Of a DNA stretch of 64,000 bases, positions 39,605 to 53,941 are shown one piece after another. How positions within the stretch are numbered: the first letter of the stretch is position 1; every line of letters starts with the position of its first letter. The translations under genes were made by a program, and so were the position numbers. Location of the stretch: contig NC_043000.1 in the NCBI RefSeq assembly GCF_006345805.1, positions 145,638,001 through 145,702,000 of the forward strand. Direction: 5' to 3'. The stretch comes from Octopus sinensis (taxonomy: Eukaryota). Under the pieces are notes generated by a model, which saw only the letters and a list, made by a program, of their open reading frames with translations, was not told the origin of the DNA and did no database searches.

Positions 39605-39829
39605 ATTTATATTCTTCCGATCATATGTTTGCATTTCAACCTTCTATGTTCTTCTACATATATTCCAAGTATTTACGGGTGGCTGTATAAATGATTAATA
39701 TTACTATTATTATTTGCAGTGCTGAAATATCTGTAATCGCGGTATCTATGTTTCATTATATACAACATGCTGTCACATGTTCGCGCTGTATATATTTTTG
39801 TTCATCTGTAATGAATGTAATGTAAGTAG

Positions 39830-42800
39830 TATACTCTCAGTGTTTAAAAAAATGATACACTTGTAAAATATATCGGGGTTTTGTTGCTATTAAATTGTAG
39901 GCATTCATATCGCGGTTAACTTTTGTTTCTGCCACCGCTTCATAGTACTTAATGGCTTTATCTACCCTCTGTAGGTATACCATGTCGGACACGATGATGG
40001 TGATGTGATCTGCGTACTCCGAAACCTTCTTCCTGCTGCACCATAGACCGCGTGGGACGCCTCTCAAGGCCCCCCAACTTCCGCAGTAATGGCTTTAGAG
40101 CCAACACATACAGAGGCAGGGAAAGGGTACACCTTTGATGAATACAGCACTTCATGTTGACAGGCTTCGAGAAGAACCCGTTCACCCAAACGATCGAGCT
40201 GATGTTGCTGTATAAAGCAATGCTTCACCAGTGAAAGACGAGGCCGGGCCCGAATGCTGCGAGGACCGACATCACATGCCGATATTCAAGCCTGTCAAAA
40301 GCCTTGGTCTAGTCTAAATTTGCCAGCGCCTCCCCACCCCTTGCCAAGAGACCCATTAACCTTCTCTAAGATGTAGCATAGAAGGTGGAGATTGTGTGTC
40401 TGGATCTGCCAGGAATAGCAAAAGTGTGTGTCTTCCCGACGACTCCATCCACGACACGGGGAAACCTGTTTGATAATACCTTGGCCAACATCTTTAACTC
40501 TGTGTTAAGGAGAGTGATGGACCTGGAATTATCTATAATATCCCCTTCTTTGGCTCCTTTCTAAGTAGCGTCGCCACTCATCGGCTCATTGATCTGGTTA
40601 TAAACCCATTTTGTTGCCATGCCAGTTACTGAAGAGGCATGCCAGTAGGTGCCCGAAAAAGTCTAGCAAACTGTTATAAAGCTCGTAGGGCAGAGCATCT
40701 AGTCCAAGCGACTTGTCTCCGCCGCAGTACAACAAATCCTCCTACACCTGCGTAGCTGTGATCGGTTCCCCACAACTCTCCGCTTCCTGCCTCGGGATTC
40801 CTGCTTCGCTTTGATTCCCATTGCACGTTGCTTAGCCTTGACTATGCATCCTTCGATTTTAGCCTTGAGGTGATGGTTAAGCGCCATTCTCGCAGATAAA
40901 ACTCGGGGTGCGCAGCCAGATTTCAGTGCTTCGTCTAGGGCCATAAATAAATTCCTTTCTACTCTATTTTTCTTACCCACTAAATTTTTGCTATACTTAT
41001 TAGATTCAAATTGTATAGCTCTTTTGAGGGCATATTATCCTTTGTTGGTAATAATGGCACTACACAATGCCCTCATCAATAACTCTCTAATCCGACTCCT
41101 GGACTCCTCATGAGCCAAAAGTGACTTATTGATTTTCCAGTAACCGAATCCCTGTCTACGTAGCTTATCTAAATCCAACCTACAGGTCATAAATTTGTGA
41201 TAACTGTAGCTGACATAGTGAAATTGTGGACGGCCATCTGGGTTTTTGTCTATTTCCTAATTAAAACCCTGTCTAAATTAGATCTAGATGACCCATCATT
41301 ATTAGTCCATGTCCACAATGAAGGGTCTGGGGCATTAACTCTATACATATCTGCCAGCTGAAATGACTGAGCAGATTATTGAGGCACGGTTTTACTCTCC
41401 TATCAGTAGACGAGCGAACGTAAACTACGCGTGCATCGCAGATTACATTAAAATCACCTAACATTACTATGGTGTGAGAAGTCCCAAGAAACATCTCCAT
41501 GCCTCGAAAAATATTAGACTGTCCAGTTCCCGGGGAAGCGTAGACAGCTACCAGCCTTGATTCTTTACCATTGCTAAGTGTCACGTGAAGAACAACCAAG
41601 CTACATTCCGGGTCGATGAAGATAGTTCTTGTCTCTAAATCCAGGTTTTTCCTGAGTAGCACAACGACGCCTCTCCGTCCTCCAGGTAGGCATGGAGAAA
41701 TAATTTTCTCGTATCCATTTAGGAGGGTGGCAAAGTCTCTTTTACTACTCGGTCTAGAGTCTGCAGCAACTGTAATATCCATTCTATGCTACTGAGGTCA
41801 TTAAGGGAAAGACCTTATTTCCAGTTTGACCCCCAGGCCGTGCACATTTATGCAGCCTACTTTGAGTGTATCCATAAAAACGTTTTCTTATAGTTACAGA
41901 TGGACTGGTAAACCCATCTTATTCCATTGCATCTGAGGCTTGTGGGGTATTATTGACCAGATCCTCATAAATTAGACGGGAGAAATCCATTCTTGAAGTG
42001 TAATTGACATTTTTATATTGGCTTTTTAACATGTTATAGTTTTGTCTATCTATAGCAAAAATTCGAATATTATCCGGAATGTTTTCCACCCCAAACGTTT
42101 CAGTTGCTTTAGCTGTTACTGAGGTGTCTTTTAATTTCATTACCAGTGCTTTATTGTTAGTATTGACTGCTGTAAGTTTCTTTACCAGATAGCTTGGGAA
42201 TAGTTTAAGTTTGGGGTTTTTTGTTGCTTGTGTATTCTGTTGCTCGTCTGTTTTTTCTTTTTCTTTTTTTTGCTGTGGGGCTAATGAAGTTGGATTAGGC
42301 CGTTAACGTTATTTTGTGTTTTCTAGATGCCTTCACCTGCCATCCTTCCTCCTGGTTTTCTTCCAGTTCTTCCTCCCCCGTTCTCAGTAGGTGGGGGCAT
42401 CATCACTTTCTCGGTGGGGAGGTTGGTCACATTTGTAGCAACGAGGCTTCCTCTCCTCGACCATCACCCGCAGCATGGTCTCTCTCACCAGTATTCTACC
42501 AATGATATTTTCTAGGTCAGCAGGGGCCGCCCCTGCTCTTACCAATTTTGGAGTTCCGAAGTAGTGGCTTGGAGGATAGTTAATTTGTCCCCCATGCCCG
42601 CGGTGATAAAGCCACCAGCCAAGATATGTTAGCAGGAGCACCACCTCTGGTGTTCTTAGAGGTTCCATCGACGCCTGCTTGGCTTTTTCTTCAGTCTTAA
42701 AACGCACTTCAATCGTGGCATATTTGGTACCGCTTGGTCTCAGACAACTCGACAGCGTCTTTGCTGGCCATGTCCAATTTTTTTACATTTTAACAAAGAC

Positions 42801-42915
42801 GATTTACACATTGCCGTACATCGAAGAGCCTTATGCGTTGTCTCAACTGGGAGGGGTAATTTTAGTTTCGCTCTCCTCCCTTTTTATCATTTTTTTGCAT
42901 TTCGGTAATTCGTCG
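39830..42915 (-). pseudogene. decayed L1/Tx1-like LINE (ORF1 with Zn-knuckle remnant; ORF2 APE + RT)
   Basis: ORF1 RCYKCDQPPH; APE GVVVLLRK...RLVAVYA...MLGDFNVICD; RT ITLLNTELKMLAKVL, QRCTLSLPLYVLALKPLLRKL and YADHITIIVSD. Confidence 0.88.
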
Positions 42916-43609
42916 TGGTCACATTTTAGATTTTTGAGCATTACATATGTTTAAGAAAATTGAAAATGCTGCAAAAATCCGGTACAAATTCGTCAGGGTT
43001 CAAAGTGTTGCTTACTTTTTACTCAACCTGATATTTATATTATTTACAGTACATCATTTCATAGTAAACCGAAAGCTGTTTCTGTCCTATTTAAGGTTTC
43101 TCACTATCTGTACTAGATTTTATTTTTATTTTATGCAAGTTACATGGCGGCAAGTTTGTAAAATCGATAGTGCATCGTATAAATTACACGACTATATCAT
43201 TTCTTGATCTATATGTGTTGTGTTCAAATTTGCAGAGGTGAAATATGCTTTGATGTATCGATAATATAAGGTTCCATGTATTGGCGCCGATTTAATCGAC
43301 AGAGCATCTCCCAAATTAGGTAGACTTGAAGCAATTTTATATATTTATATTTTGTAGATGCTCTTGCAGCATGTAATATTTTTTTAAGTAACTGAGGTCA
43401 CTCGAGTTATGTGCTTGTAGCAAATAAAATACTCACCCTATACTTTGCATTGCATTTCGAAATGCAGCTTCATTATCAAGACATTAATTCACTTCGTGTG
43501 AAACCTTAGAAATTATTACTATAGATAATTACTTCGTCTTGAATAGTCTTAATTATTATTATAATTGATGCCTTCAGCACATATATTGTTTGTGTTTTAA
43601 TATGTACAG

Positions 43610-43948
43610 CAGTGGTTCGCAACCGATTTTTGGCCATGCCCCACCGAATCATTTCTAAAATCCTGATGCCCCCTGGTGATATTTAATTTTTGCTATTATG
43701 TATAAGATGAAAATGACCTGTTGTCTCTAAAGTCTCCAAAATTTGATAAAATTGTCCACAGAACAGATGCAAAGAACTACTTTTAATAACTAACTCTCCC
43801 CTTTCCCAATTGGTATACTAAACATTGTGTACAAAAGGTATAAATATTCAACATAACCCTACGCATGCCTCACCAAAGTATTACCATGCCCTACAAAAAT
43901 ATTACTATGCCACACCCGTGCGCATGCTCCTGACGTTGGGAATCACGC
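43610..43948. mobile_element. hAT-type non-autonomous element (MITE)
   Basis: Imperfect TIRs cagtggttcgcaacc and gttgggaatcacg; non-coding interior. Confidence 0.6.
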
Positions 43949-45658
43949 ATCAATAGTTTTTGTTCGTAAAAATTATATTTTATTTCTGTATAATATAATA
44001 TTTGGAGCTTTAATATTTATTTGTTTTATTTCATTTCTGTACTTCTCACTATTACTTTATCTAAAATGCTACACGCAACCTCTATAATTTTCCTTCTTCA
44101 AAGATAGAAATTTCTAACTGTATTTGATACCAACATATCTATTTAATTCTCTTACCATTTGTATCACTATTTCCAATTATTTCTCACTTGCAGTGTCCAC
44201 ATTCATGCGATCTATTAACAAAAGTTGTTCAATTGTTTTCAAGTGTCATTTGTCTCTCAGTTCAGCAGAGCTTATAGTTTGGGTTGAAGATGATACCGTA
44301 AGGTAGAGAAAAAAGTGACAGACATACAGTGACAATGTGTATGTGTGTGTTTTGTGTGCGTGTGTGCGTGCGTGTGTGTGTTCGTTGGCGTTGGCGTGTG
44401 TATGTAAAGAGAGTTATTTCTCATACAATATTAATCTTTCAATAGTCGTTGGACACTACCTGAAGCATGGCAAGTGTTTTCAAATTGAAATACTAACAAA
44501 TCACCTCTGCTAAAAATTGACATTATCACCCCACAAACAGGAAGTATTGAGCGAGAAGCAAAGGTTACCCATCTGCTGAAATTTAAAAAAAGAGACAAAT
44601 CAACCGCCACACTCAAGCGTTAGCTTAAGGGAAATTTGAGTAGAACATACAATAAGACCATTCTCTCTTCCTTGATTTTCCAGTTCTTCGTTTAACGATA
44701 TGATAGATGATTAACATATACTTAGAGAACGTTTAGGGAGCGAGGAAACGTAGATTATCGGTGTGAGATAACCTGTAAGAATAATAAAAAATATTTACTG
44801 CCTCTAAATACAATATTTGTGGCGTAGCACTGCTATGCAAGAAAGAGTCACAAGAAAAATATTTCCTGTGTGTTACATATTTCGAATCTCTAACAAGTCA
44901 TTTGAATCTTCGTCATTAAGTACAGAGACAATAAGCAAAGGGAAAATTATTTTATTGATTCTGGTTTAATTGTTTGATACGAATGTCAAATATGCTTCGT
45001 TCCTTGCATTTTTAATGTAAAGTACTGGATAATATTTTAAAATTTATTTAATAGCCTAAGTAGAGGTATCACAAATTTTTCCTTCTATTATTCATCTCTA
45101 TTTATTCATCCCTATTTACTTTGTCGTTAAACACTCACTGACAGAACACTTTTATTTTGATACCATTTAGCTCAATGTACACTTCTGTTGTAAAAACGTT
45201 TTTATAATTTCCTCCCACATTATAGAACACTACTCTTATGCTCTCTCAATGGATTCGCCATAACACACGGAATATTAAATTCACACATTAATTCGACTTC
45301 AGTATACATCTTACACACATAGCAATTCTTTATCTTCTCAACTCTCAGAGGAATAATAAAAGCACGATACATCACTTCATCTTATTGGAGACCTCTACAT
45401 GTTCCCCATTGAAAGGATTATTGAATTTCATCAGTAACATCAGTTCACTAGATTCAACAAATTTTAATGTCCCTTTATTAAGTGCGGCTAAGTGTTTCAG
45501 TGTGTTGACCCAAAACAATACAGGGAAGTGGACAGAGAAAGATATGATGTTTAAACTAACGCAAACATAGACATGTACATATCATACTTATAATATACAC
45601 ATACACACACACCCAAACCCACACCCATTTACACACCCATACATAACTGAGCCTCCGG

Positions 45659-45693
<35 letters not shown>

Positions 45694-46269
45694 TTACTCT
45701 AGAAGAGCTATCTTTGCCATTTCTGCGCACTTTTCATACTTTCACGGACAAAATATTCCTTCCCAACCAGACAACTAACAAAGTTATTCTGAAGATGAGG
45801 AAAATTTGTCATGGCCGCGTTTTGAATTATTTCGAGATAATTTTCTATACATTATATATATATATATATATTCATATTTCTTTTGTTCAACTCTTTCTAA
45901 GAGTTTTCATCCAAATACGAATGTTGTATTATTATTGTTTGACTCCTTAACCAGTGTCACGCATATTCATTTTAACTTCAATTTTTGTATTAACTAATAA
46001 ACTTGTATATATGATTCCTACAGTCACTTTCTCATTTTTTCTTCTTTTTTCATGATGGTTGGTTTTTTATCTATGCAGACGTTATTCATTTGCTAAGTAT
46101 GTACAAAATATTCTTATGGTGGAAAACTATAGAAAATGGATTCTTATTTTAATTCTAATTTTAAGCGTGTGGTCGAACAAGCAAGGAAGACAAATAGTTT
46201 AGAAATAATACAAGATATAAAACTTATATATACATGTATACACATTGATATGCTCTCTCTCTCTCTCAT

Positions 46270-46352
<83 letters not shown>

Positions 46353-48259
46353 AGTTTGTATGTGTAATTGCATATGTGTAATCATGTATAAATGTATATC
46401 TATATATGACAAAAATTGTGCATGTATGTGTTCGTATGTACTTTACGTTAGAGTTGAGCTGCCCACATTAATATGATGACGACTGACCCAGTTCAGAATA
46501 TGTGTTTCAACTATTGTTACTGTGCCGCTTCGGTGATATTCCAATCACCAGCGACATGCTAGTAATACTGTCTTTCACATTCATGTCTATATGGAAGATT
46601 GATCAAAGCATTTGGAAATAAATTAATAAAACTTTGATAACGTAAGCTGTCTGAAACCAATATTTACGAAGAACGAGGGAAAGCATTGATGTTTCAATAG
46701 TAAATTTACTGACGAAAATCGTAAATAGTTTCGAGTTGTAATTAAAAACAAGATAATGTTGTTATTCGTATTAGATAAACAGTTTAATTTGTATAACACT
46801 TTAGTCATAATGTTAAATTAGTTTATGTACAGACTAAAGTATGTTTCATAAAATATTGTCTATATTTGATGTAGTGTGTTCTGTCACCATATATTGAATA
46901 TTGAAATAAAGATGTCTAAAAGATCAAATCATTAACTAGACAAATAAGAATGTATATCACGAAGAAGTGATTATAATGTATCAAGGAACACTAGAATCCC
47001 TATGTTTACCGTTTTATATTTACATATATTATGCGGTAGTATTGTTCTGTATCATAAACTTCTGCACATTGTTTAACGTCTCAGGAATATCCAGGTGAGA
47101 GTTTCGAAGTTATATCAAATATGATCATTTACACTCATTCTAAACAGGGCTATAATACACACGGGCAACTGGAATGCACAATATAGCCTTTGTATGTATT
47201 ACAAAATTTATTAAAGTTTGTATTTAAGCCGTCCATAATTTGATTATTGTAGAGAATTGTTTAACCAAGTAATCCTCCTTGTATCAAATTCCTATATGAT
47301 GACTAGCAGAATATTCATTACAATATATATATAACAGGAAATTTTGAAAGAATCTGGTATTATTTATTCACAATTTCATGAGTTTCATTTGCTAAGGGAA
47401 GTTAAGATATTATACATGTAAGAGAAATATGCACTATTTTGTAACACCTAATAGCAAATGAAACTCGTATAACGGTGAATAAATAATAAATCCGTTTTTT
47501 TGCAACCTCCTGGTTTAATATGTAATCATACGACCAAAAAAAAATTACTTTTACTTTTCTTATGCATACCTCACGCAAGTATAATTTCAACTTATAATTT
47601 AGAGTACTGGAACAAACATATGTGCTTGAAGAAGACACAGCTTGGATCATTAGATCAGAACCTATTCTACATAATGTGATTGTATATATATTGTCGAAAA
47701 CGCATAATTCTTAACGTGTTGGGCGCTAGACTGCCCGGAGGTGTAGTCGCGATTGCTCCCTCAAAACACGGGAGGTTAAAAACCTGAAAGACAAGCAAGA
47801 CAATACATCCCCTATCCCATTCACGGGTGATTGACATCGATGCTTCACCATTTTTATGATTTATCAAAATCACGTACCTGAAGGGAACTGGAGATGAATC
47901 GTACCGCCGGTACATGACTTATAAGCATATAGAGTTTAAACTTTTGGGCTAGTATGGTCCGAAAATGAATGCGTAAGTATAAATTCAAATATCAAAATAG
48001 AAACGGCGCAAGTGTAATAACATTATTGATCACCAAAAATACTAGCATGCACATTGTTTTATATGTATAGATATGCATATGAATGAGGCTTAGTGTGGAT
48101 GCTCATGAATTTATTGACCGGATAATACTTGTTCCATAATAGATACAGTAATTCAAAATATAAGAGGTTCACCATTCTTAAGCAAAATAGCATCGTCGGT
48201 TTCATGTAGCTTTTAATATAGTGCAACATGTTCGCGCACTGTAGAGCTATATATATATA

Positions 48260-48488
48260 TTTCTTTACTACCCACAAGGGGCTAAACACAGAGGAGACAA
48301 ACAAGGACAGACAAAGGGATTAAGTCGATTACATCGACCCCAGTGCGTAACTGGTACTTAATTTATCGACCCCGAAAGGATGAAAGGCAAAGTCGACCTC
48401 GGCGGAATTTGAACTCAGAACGTAACGGCAGACGAAAAACGGCCACGCATTTCGCCCGGCATGCTAACGTTTCTGCCAGCTCGCCACC
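48260..48488 (-). mobile_element. tRNA-derived SINE, family B, with 14-bp TSD
   Basis: Reverse complement of the family-B sequence; tagagctatatata at 48242-55 and 48493-506. Confidence 0.9.
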
Positions 48489-49249
48489 TTATTAGAGCTA
48501 TATATAGGCACTGATATCTCTATGAATGTAGCAACATTAATAATGATCGTCAACGTTAATAATGATAAATATGAGAGTCAATATTATTAGTCAATATTTT
48601 AGATTCTAAGGACGAAAATAAAAAAAAAAACAGACTTAGCTGCATAAAACCTCTTTGTGGTCGTTTTGCCGTTTCACTTCACAATCGGAGTGCTTGCATG
48701 ATGTATACATCACTAAACTCTGAAACTGTTAAGTACTTTGCATTAATGATCTAGCAAGCGGGGCCTCATATCAGTGAGGGGGGCCGGTGCGCATTGATGC
48801 CGTCGAGAGTTAGGCCCCGAAACGGCGCGCATTCTATCCTGATGACCCCATACACTTGCTAGCTTCCGGTATCGGAGTTTTTAACTGGTAGCACTTGCAT
48901 GTGCAAGTTGTTTGCAAGACACATGTGTACATATGTGTGTGTGTGTGTGTTTGCGTGCGTCTGTGCTTAGAAAAGAATATTATTGACAGTGAGATCCTTA
49001 ATATTATAAACAATATTCTGACGGCACGTTCATTAATAATTTGAATAATATTCTGACCGCAACTGGTAATCTACTGCTTGATCATGCAACTATACTGGAG
49101 TTGGGCGAAGTAAACAACTTTATATTTACATTGAATTAACGTAGATATAAAGTTGTATGGCAACTTTAGAAGTTAGAAGACAGTATGGCAAATCAGGACC
49201 AGAGTGCATATGTTTACTGGTATCAAGTATGCCTTGCAGGTCATGATAT

Positions 49250-50400
49250 ACTCACTGTTGACTCTTCCTTTGGTGATATTTATATTACATGTTACAATGC
49301 ACCAATTATATAATTTCCTAACATGGCAATTTTTCGGCACGTGGCGAGTTGGAAGTTCAGTCTTTGAAACAGATCAATTGTTCACCTTGTTTCTATAATA
49401 CTAACATGATTTACTAACTGTTTCGTGAGTTACAGTGTATGAAATCATGTTGGCTTTCAAGAAAAATGGTAAAACCATCTCTCACAGATATAACTCTGAA
49501 TGGAAGGCTAAGTCGAAAAAAAGACTATCACGGAATGTGAGCAAACAAGGTTTATTTTTCAACAGAGTCCACTTTGTGATCCGGACATTTCCTCCATCCG
49601 TGTCACATTGCCTGTATCCCATTGGTGAAGAAACATTCATCCAGCTGGTAAAAAAAGTCATCAACAACAGACATGAAGTCATCATCTCTGCGATGAGTTC
49701 AGCTTCTCCCTTTTGCAGTGTTTATAAAGCTGAAGCCTCATCCTCTAATATAGTCATCATACCAGCCCGAATGTACTTGTAGATTAAACTCTTTTTTCTG
49801 CAGCTACTTGATAATAGCACGATGCCAAATTTTGTCTATTTGCAAGAGTAGTGGTTACTCGGTAGTTATGAAGCTTTCTTTGAAGAGTGAGAAGTCAGTT
49901 TACTTGGAATGAAGCAATGCAGAATTTACATAAAGGGTTGAAATTAATGCTTGCCAGATTTCACAACTCTAGCATCAATCTTTTATAATCAACTCAGGAC
50001 ACTTTCACCTTACTCTCATAGACAGGGAACGAAACATTCGGAATATTGCAGCTAAAGCAGCAGCAAAGCCAAAGCTGCCAAACCTGTGTAGAAAGCAACT
50101 GCAAAAAACAAATACTGTGAGATTCATAAAACTGGACACCAGAGGCAATTGCTACACTTGTCATGTTCCCCGTAAATATAAATAAGCAATGAATTCTCCA
50201 AATTATTAGAAGTCGTCATTAACTCAATAAAATGGTAACGCATTCTCTGATGAATTATCATTCACCCTTTTTCTCTCTTCAGGCCGAGTTTATGTCTGGA
50301 GAGAGATCAGAGACGCCATCAGAACTGACTCCTGTTTAGTCCTCACCTTGTAGCATAGAGATAGTCTCCGATGATTTAGTTAGCCATATCATGGAAATCT
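49250..50400 (-). pseudogene. decayed piggyBac-like transposase
   Basis: Minus frames TKFGIVLL..C....YKYIRAG and LMTFFTSW....GNVRITK, resembling the KYGIK and DNFFTS/GTVR.N motifs of PGBD. Confidence 0.65.
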
Positions 50401-50519
50401 CTTGACATTTTATTCTTTATTTGTTCTAGGTGGCAAAGTTAATGGCAAGCATTACCTGATGACTGAGCACCTCCAATCTATATAAAAGCATTGATCTCCA
50501 ATAGTAGTACAATTTCCAA

Positions 50520-50800
50520 GCGATAGTGCGCCGATTTGCGCGGCTAACTTTATTCAAAAATGGTACAAAGAGCACAAAATTGAAACAGACCAGTTTGATT
50601 TTTATCCCAATTCAGCGGAGCTCAATATAATCGAAAATTTGTGATGCATTTTGGAGCAGCATGTGGCAAGGCTCTCCCTAAACTATCACCGCTGAAAGTG
50701 CTTAGAATACCCTTAACAACCGTTTAGAATTTACCCAAGTAAATTCGTCGTTGTATTAAAGCTGTAATGTATGCCAAAATTGGACCTGTGTCGTAAAAAT
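50520..50800 (+). pseudogene. Tc1/mariner transposase C-terminal fragment
   Basis: SAELNIIENL*CILEQHV (cf. SPDLNPIENLW) and RCIKAVMYAKIG (cf. R..AVI.AKGG). Confidence 0.7.
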
Positions 50801-52278
50801 TCTTAAAACATCAATTAAACAAGGTGTTAACATCATATTGTAAAACAGATGGATATGCAAATGTGTGGACTTTATATATTGAGTATCCGTATTTGGCGTT
50901 GAAGTTAGGTTTTATGTATGGGGACATGTCTGCTTGGTATAAGCAAATATTCTGTGTATGCTATATGTTAAATATATGTCTAATTTGTATGTTTCAAGAA
51001 GTTAGGAGACAAGTATATCTTACACGCATTCGTTTAGACAGGGCGTGCCATTTCTGAAAACAATGTGTTGAATGGTAACATCAGAGAATATGTTACCATT
51101 TTATTGAGTTAATGACGACTTCTGATAGTTTGGGGAATGCCATCGTTAACTTCCAAATAAATGTACTGCCTTTAATATAAGAGAATGTAAGCTGTTGCAC
51201 TGTGTTCTATGAACTGTGTAATTTAAATTTGTATCTTGCATTAATATGTGACCACCAACATCATCGATGTTATTGAAGAGGTATGGTATCGGTGTGCAAC
51301 TTATGGCATCTTACGCATAGCGTACACCATTATGTATTGATGAAGGGGTATCTAACTCTTCACAATCACTGTATCTAATCATTCGGAATGATATCGTATA
51401 CAATAGCTTCACTGTATGCATTACAACTGAATTTATCTATGTATTTTCATATTATGACATCCAGGCAAAAATGAATATATGTTGTGAGGATATTTAATTT
51501 ATAAGGTATCTCCGTATTTGTTTGTGTGTAATATTTTGTTATCATCTGAAACGAAAACATATTCAGTTGACTATATTTATAATAGACACTGCATGGGTAA
51601 GGGTGGTTTAAGCATATATGAAGCAGCATATCAACCACACTTCAACAAATATATCTCCTTAGGGGGCATGAATCGCGAGGCGCTCAATCTTACTAATGGA
51701 TATTACCTGACAATAAATGCTGCTACATAATCTATTATATTTCATATATATATATATGCTCACGCAATACTTATACCCAGTTTTATATACGAACATATAC
51801 ACATGCACCTAAGCTTATATAGATATAAGGCAATGTGTATGCGTCTGTGTATATGCAGAGTAACATAAATCAATGATGCATAGCGAACGATAAGAATGTT
51901 CAACAAATTCCACTGAAATGCGTATGAGAGGTTGAAAAATTGTCATACACGCCGATTGGAATAATATATAATTCGATTGTGTGTATTTGAAAGATTCGTG
52001 GAATGTCAAGTATGGCTTTTCAATGATTGTATAATAAGGCGATCTAAGGAAATTAAACTTATAAAGTGCGATGAAATCTATTAATATGTAAGGCTTGACA
52101 AAATCGGTTACCTTAGTAAGTAGATATTTCATGTCTAACATAGAGATAAATAGTAAGATAGCGACATGAACTGAAAACAAAGCATATAAGAAAAAATATG
52201 TTGTACATCCTCTTAAACTGATCCGTTGTCCGTTGGTTGAGAGTAATTATTAATCGCTGCATTTCATTACGTTTGTGT

Positions 52279-52690
52279 TTACTCTTTTACTCTTTTACTT
52301 GTTTCAACTATTTGATTGCGGCCATGCTTGAGCACCGCCTTTAATCGAGCAAATCGACCCCGGGACTTATTCTTTGTAAGCCCAGTACTTATTCTATCGG
52401 TCTCTTTTGCCGAACCGCTAAGTGACGGGAACATAAACACACCAGCATCGGTTGTCAAGCAATGCTAGGGGAACAAACACAGACACAGAAACACACACAC
52501 ATAAACATACATATATATATACATATATACGACGGGCTTCTTTCAGTTTCCGTCTACCAAATCCACTTACTAGGCTTTGGTTGGCCCGAGGCTATAGTAG
52601 AAGACACTTGCCGAAGGTGCCACACAGTGGGTCTGAACCTGGAACCATGTGGTTGGTAAACATGCTACTTACCACACAGCCACACCTGCG
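52279..52690 (-). mobile_element. tRNA-derived SINE, family A (apparently full length)
   Basis: Homologous to 26140; includes the head ggtgtggctgtgtggtaagtagc...ggttcagacccac on the minus strand. Confidence 0.9.
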
Positions 52691-53066
52691 CCTATAATTT
52701 AGTATGGAAATTTTGTTTGCATTACACACAAAAAACAACTTTTCAAAACAAGTGCAACACTTCAAATCGCAAACGAAATATGCACAAAATGCTGAATAAA
52801 AACACGACTGTCGCATACCACTTCCATTGATAATGTATTTATTTGCATAAAGCATATTCATCCACGTAGTGTTACGTGAATGTTTCCAGCGAAACACTAA
52901 ATATCTCAGGATATTTGTATAATATATTCACCATTTAATGCTTTTTAATCATTTCCTTTTGGAAAGCGATTGGTAAATAAACTTATTTGCAAAAGTTTAT
53001 TTTCATGACTACAATAAATATTATTGTGCCAATAACGTGTGTACTAATAAACATGCTCGTGAGTCT

Positions 53067-53543
53067 GGCGGAGTGGCACAAAACGTTAGCATGCTAGGCG
53101 AAATGCGTAGCCGTATTTCATATGCCGTTACGTTCTGAGTTCAAATACCGCCGAGGTCGACTTTGCCTTTCATCCTTTCGGGGTCGATAAATTGAGTACC
53201 ACTTACTCACTGGGGTCGATGTAATCGACTTAATCCGTTTGTCTATCCTTGTTTGTCCCTTCTGTGTTTAGCCCCTTGTGGCTAGTAAAAAATAGGTATT
53301 TCGTCTCCCGTAAGGCGGCGAGCTGACAGAATCGTTAGCACGCCAGATGAAATGCTTAGCGGTACTTCGTCAGCCGTTACGTTCTGAGTTCAAATTCTGG
53401 TGAGGTCGACTTTGCCTTTCATCCTTTGGAGATCGATTAAATAAGTACCAGTTACACATTAGAGTCTATGTAATCGAATTAATCTGCTTGTCTGTCCTTG
53501 TTTTCCTCCTCTATGTTTAGCCCCCTCTGGGCAATAATGAAAT
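53067..53543 (+). mobile_element. two tandem family-B SINEs (53067-53293, 53314-53543)
   Basis: Two successive copies of the family-B head and core. Confidence 0.88.
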
Positions 53544-53674
53544 GAATAGACATGTGTGTGGGGGGGTGTATAAATATCCATTTTGACACAACCATCGACA
53601 TTTCCTATCCTGAAATTCAAACTGCTTTTTGATATGGATGTATGTATATATTTGTGTGTGTGTGTGTGTATATA

Positions 53675-53941
53675 TATTGGTAAAACGGTAAGATAACAAA
53701 AGAAAGAAAGAACCTCAATATTATGTAAATAGAGGACATTTATCTATACAATAATATGTTACATTACTCGATAGTCAAGATAAAACTCTGAGTTTCAGAT
53801 GCCGAAGTGGGAATCCACGAAATCTCTTCGGTTATTTGAAAATAGCCAGATAACCGAAGAGGTGTCGTGGATTCCCACTTCGGCATCTGAAACTCAGAGT
53901 TTTATCTTGACTATCGAGTAATGTAACATATTATTGTATAG

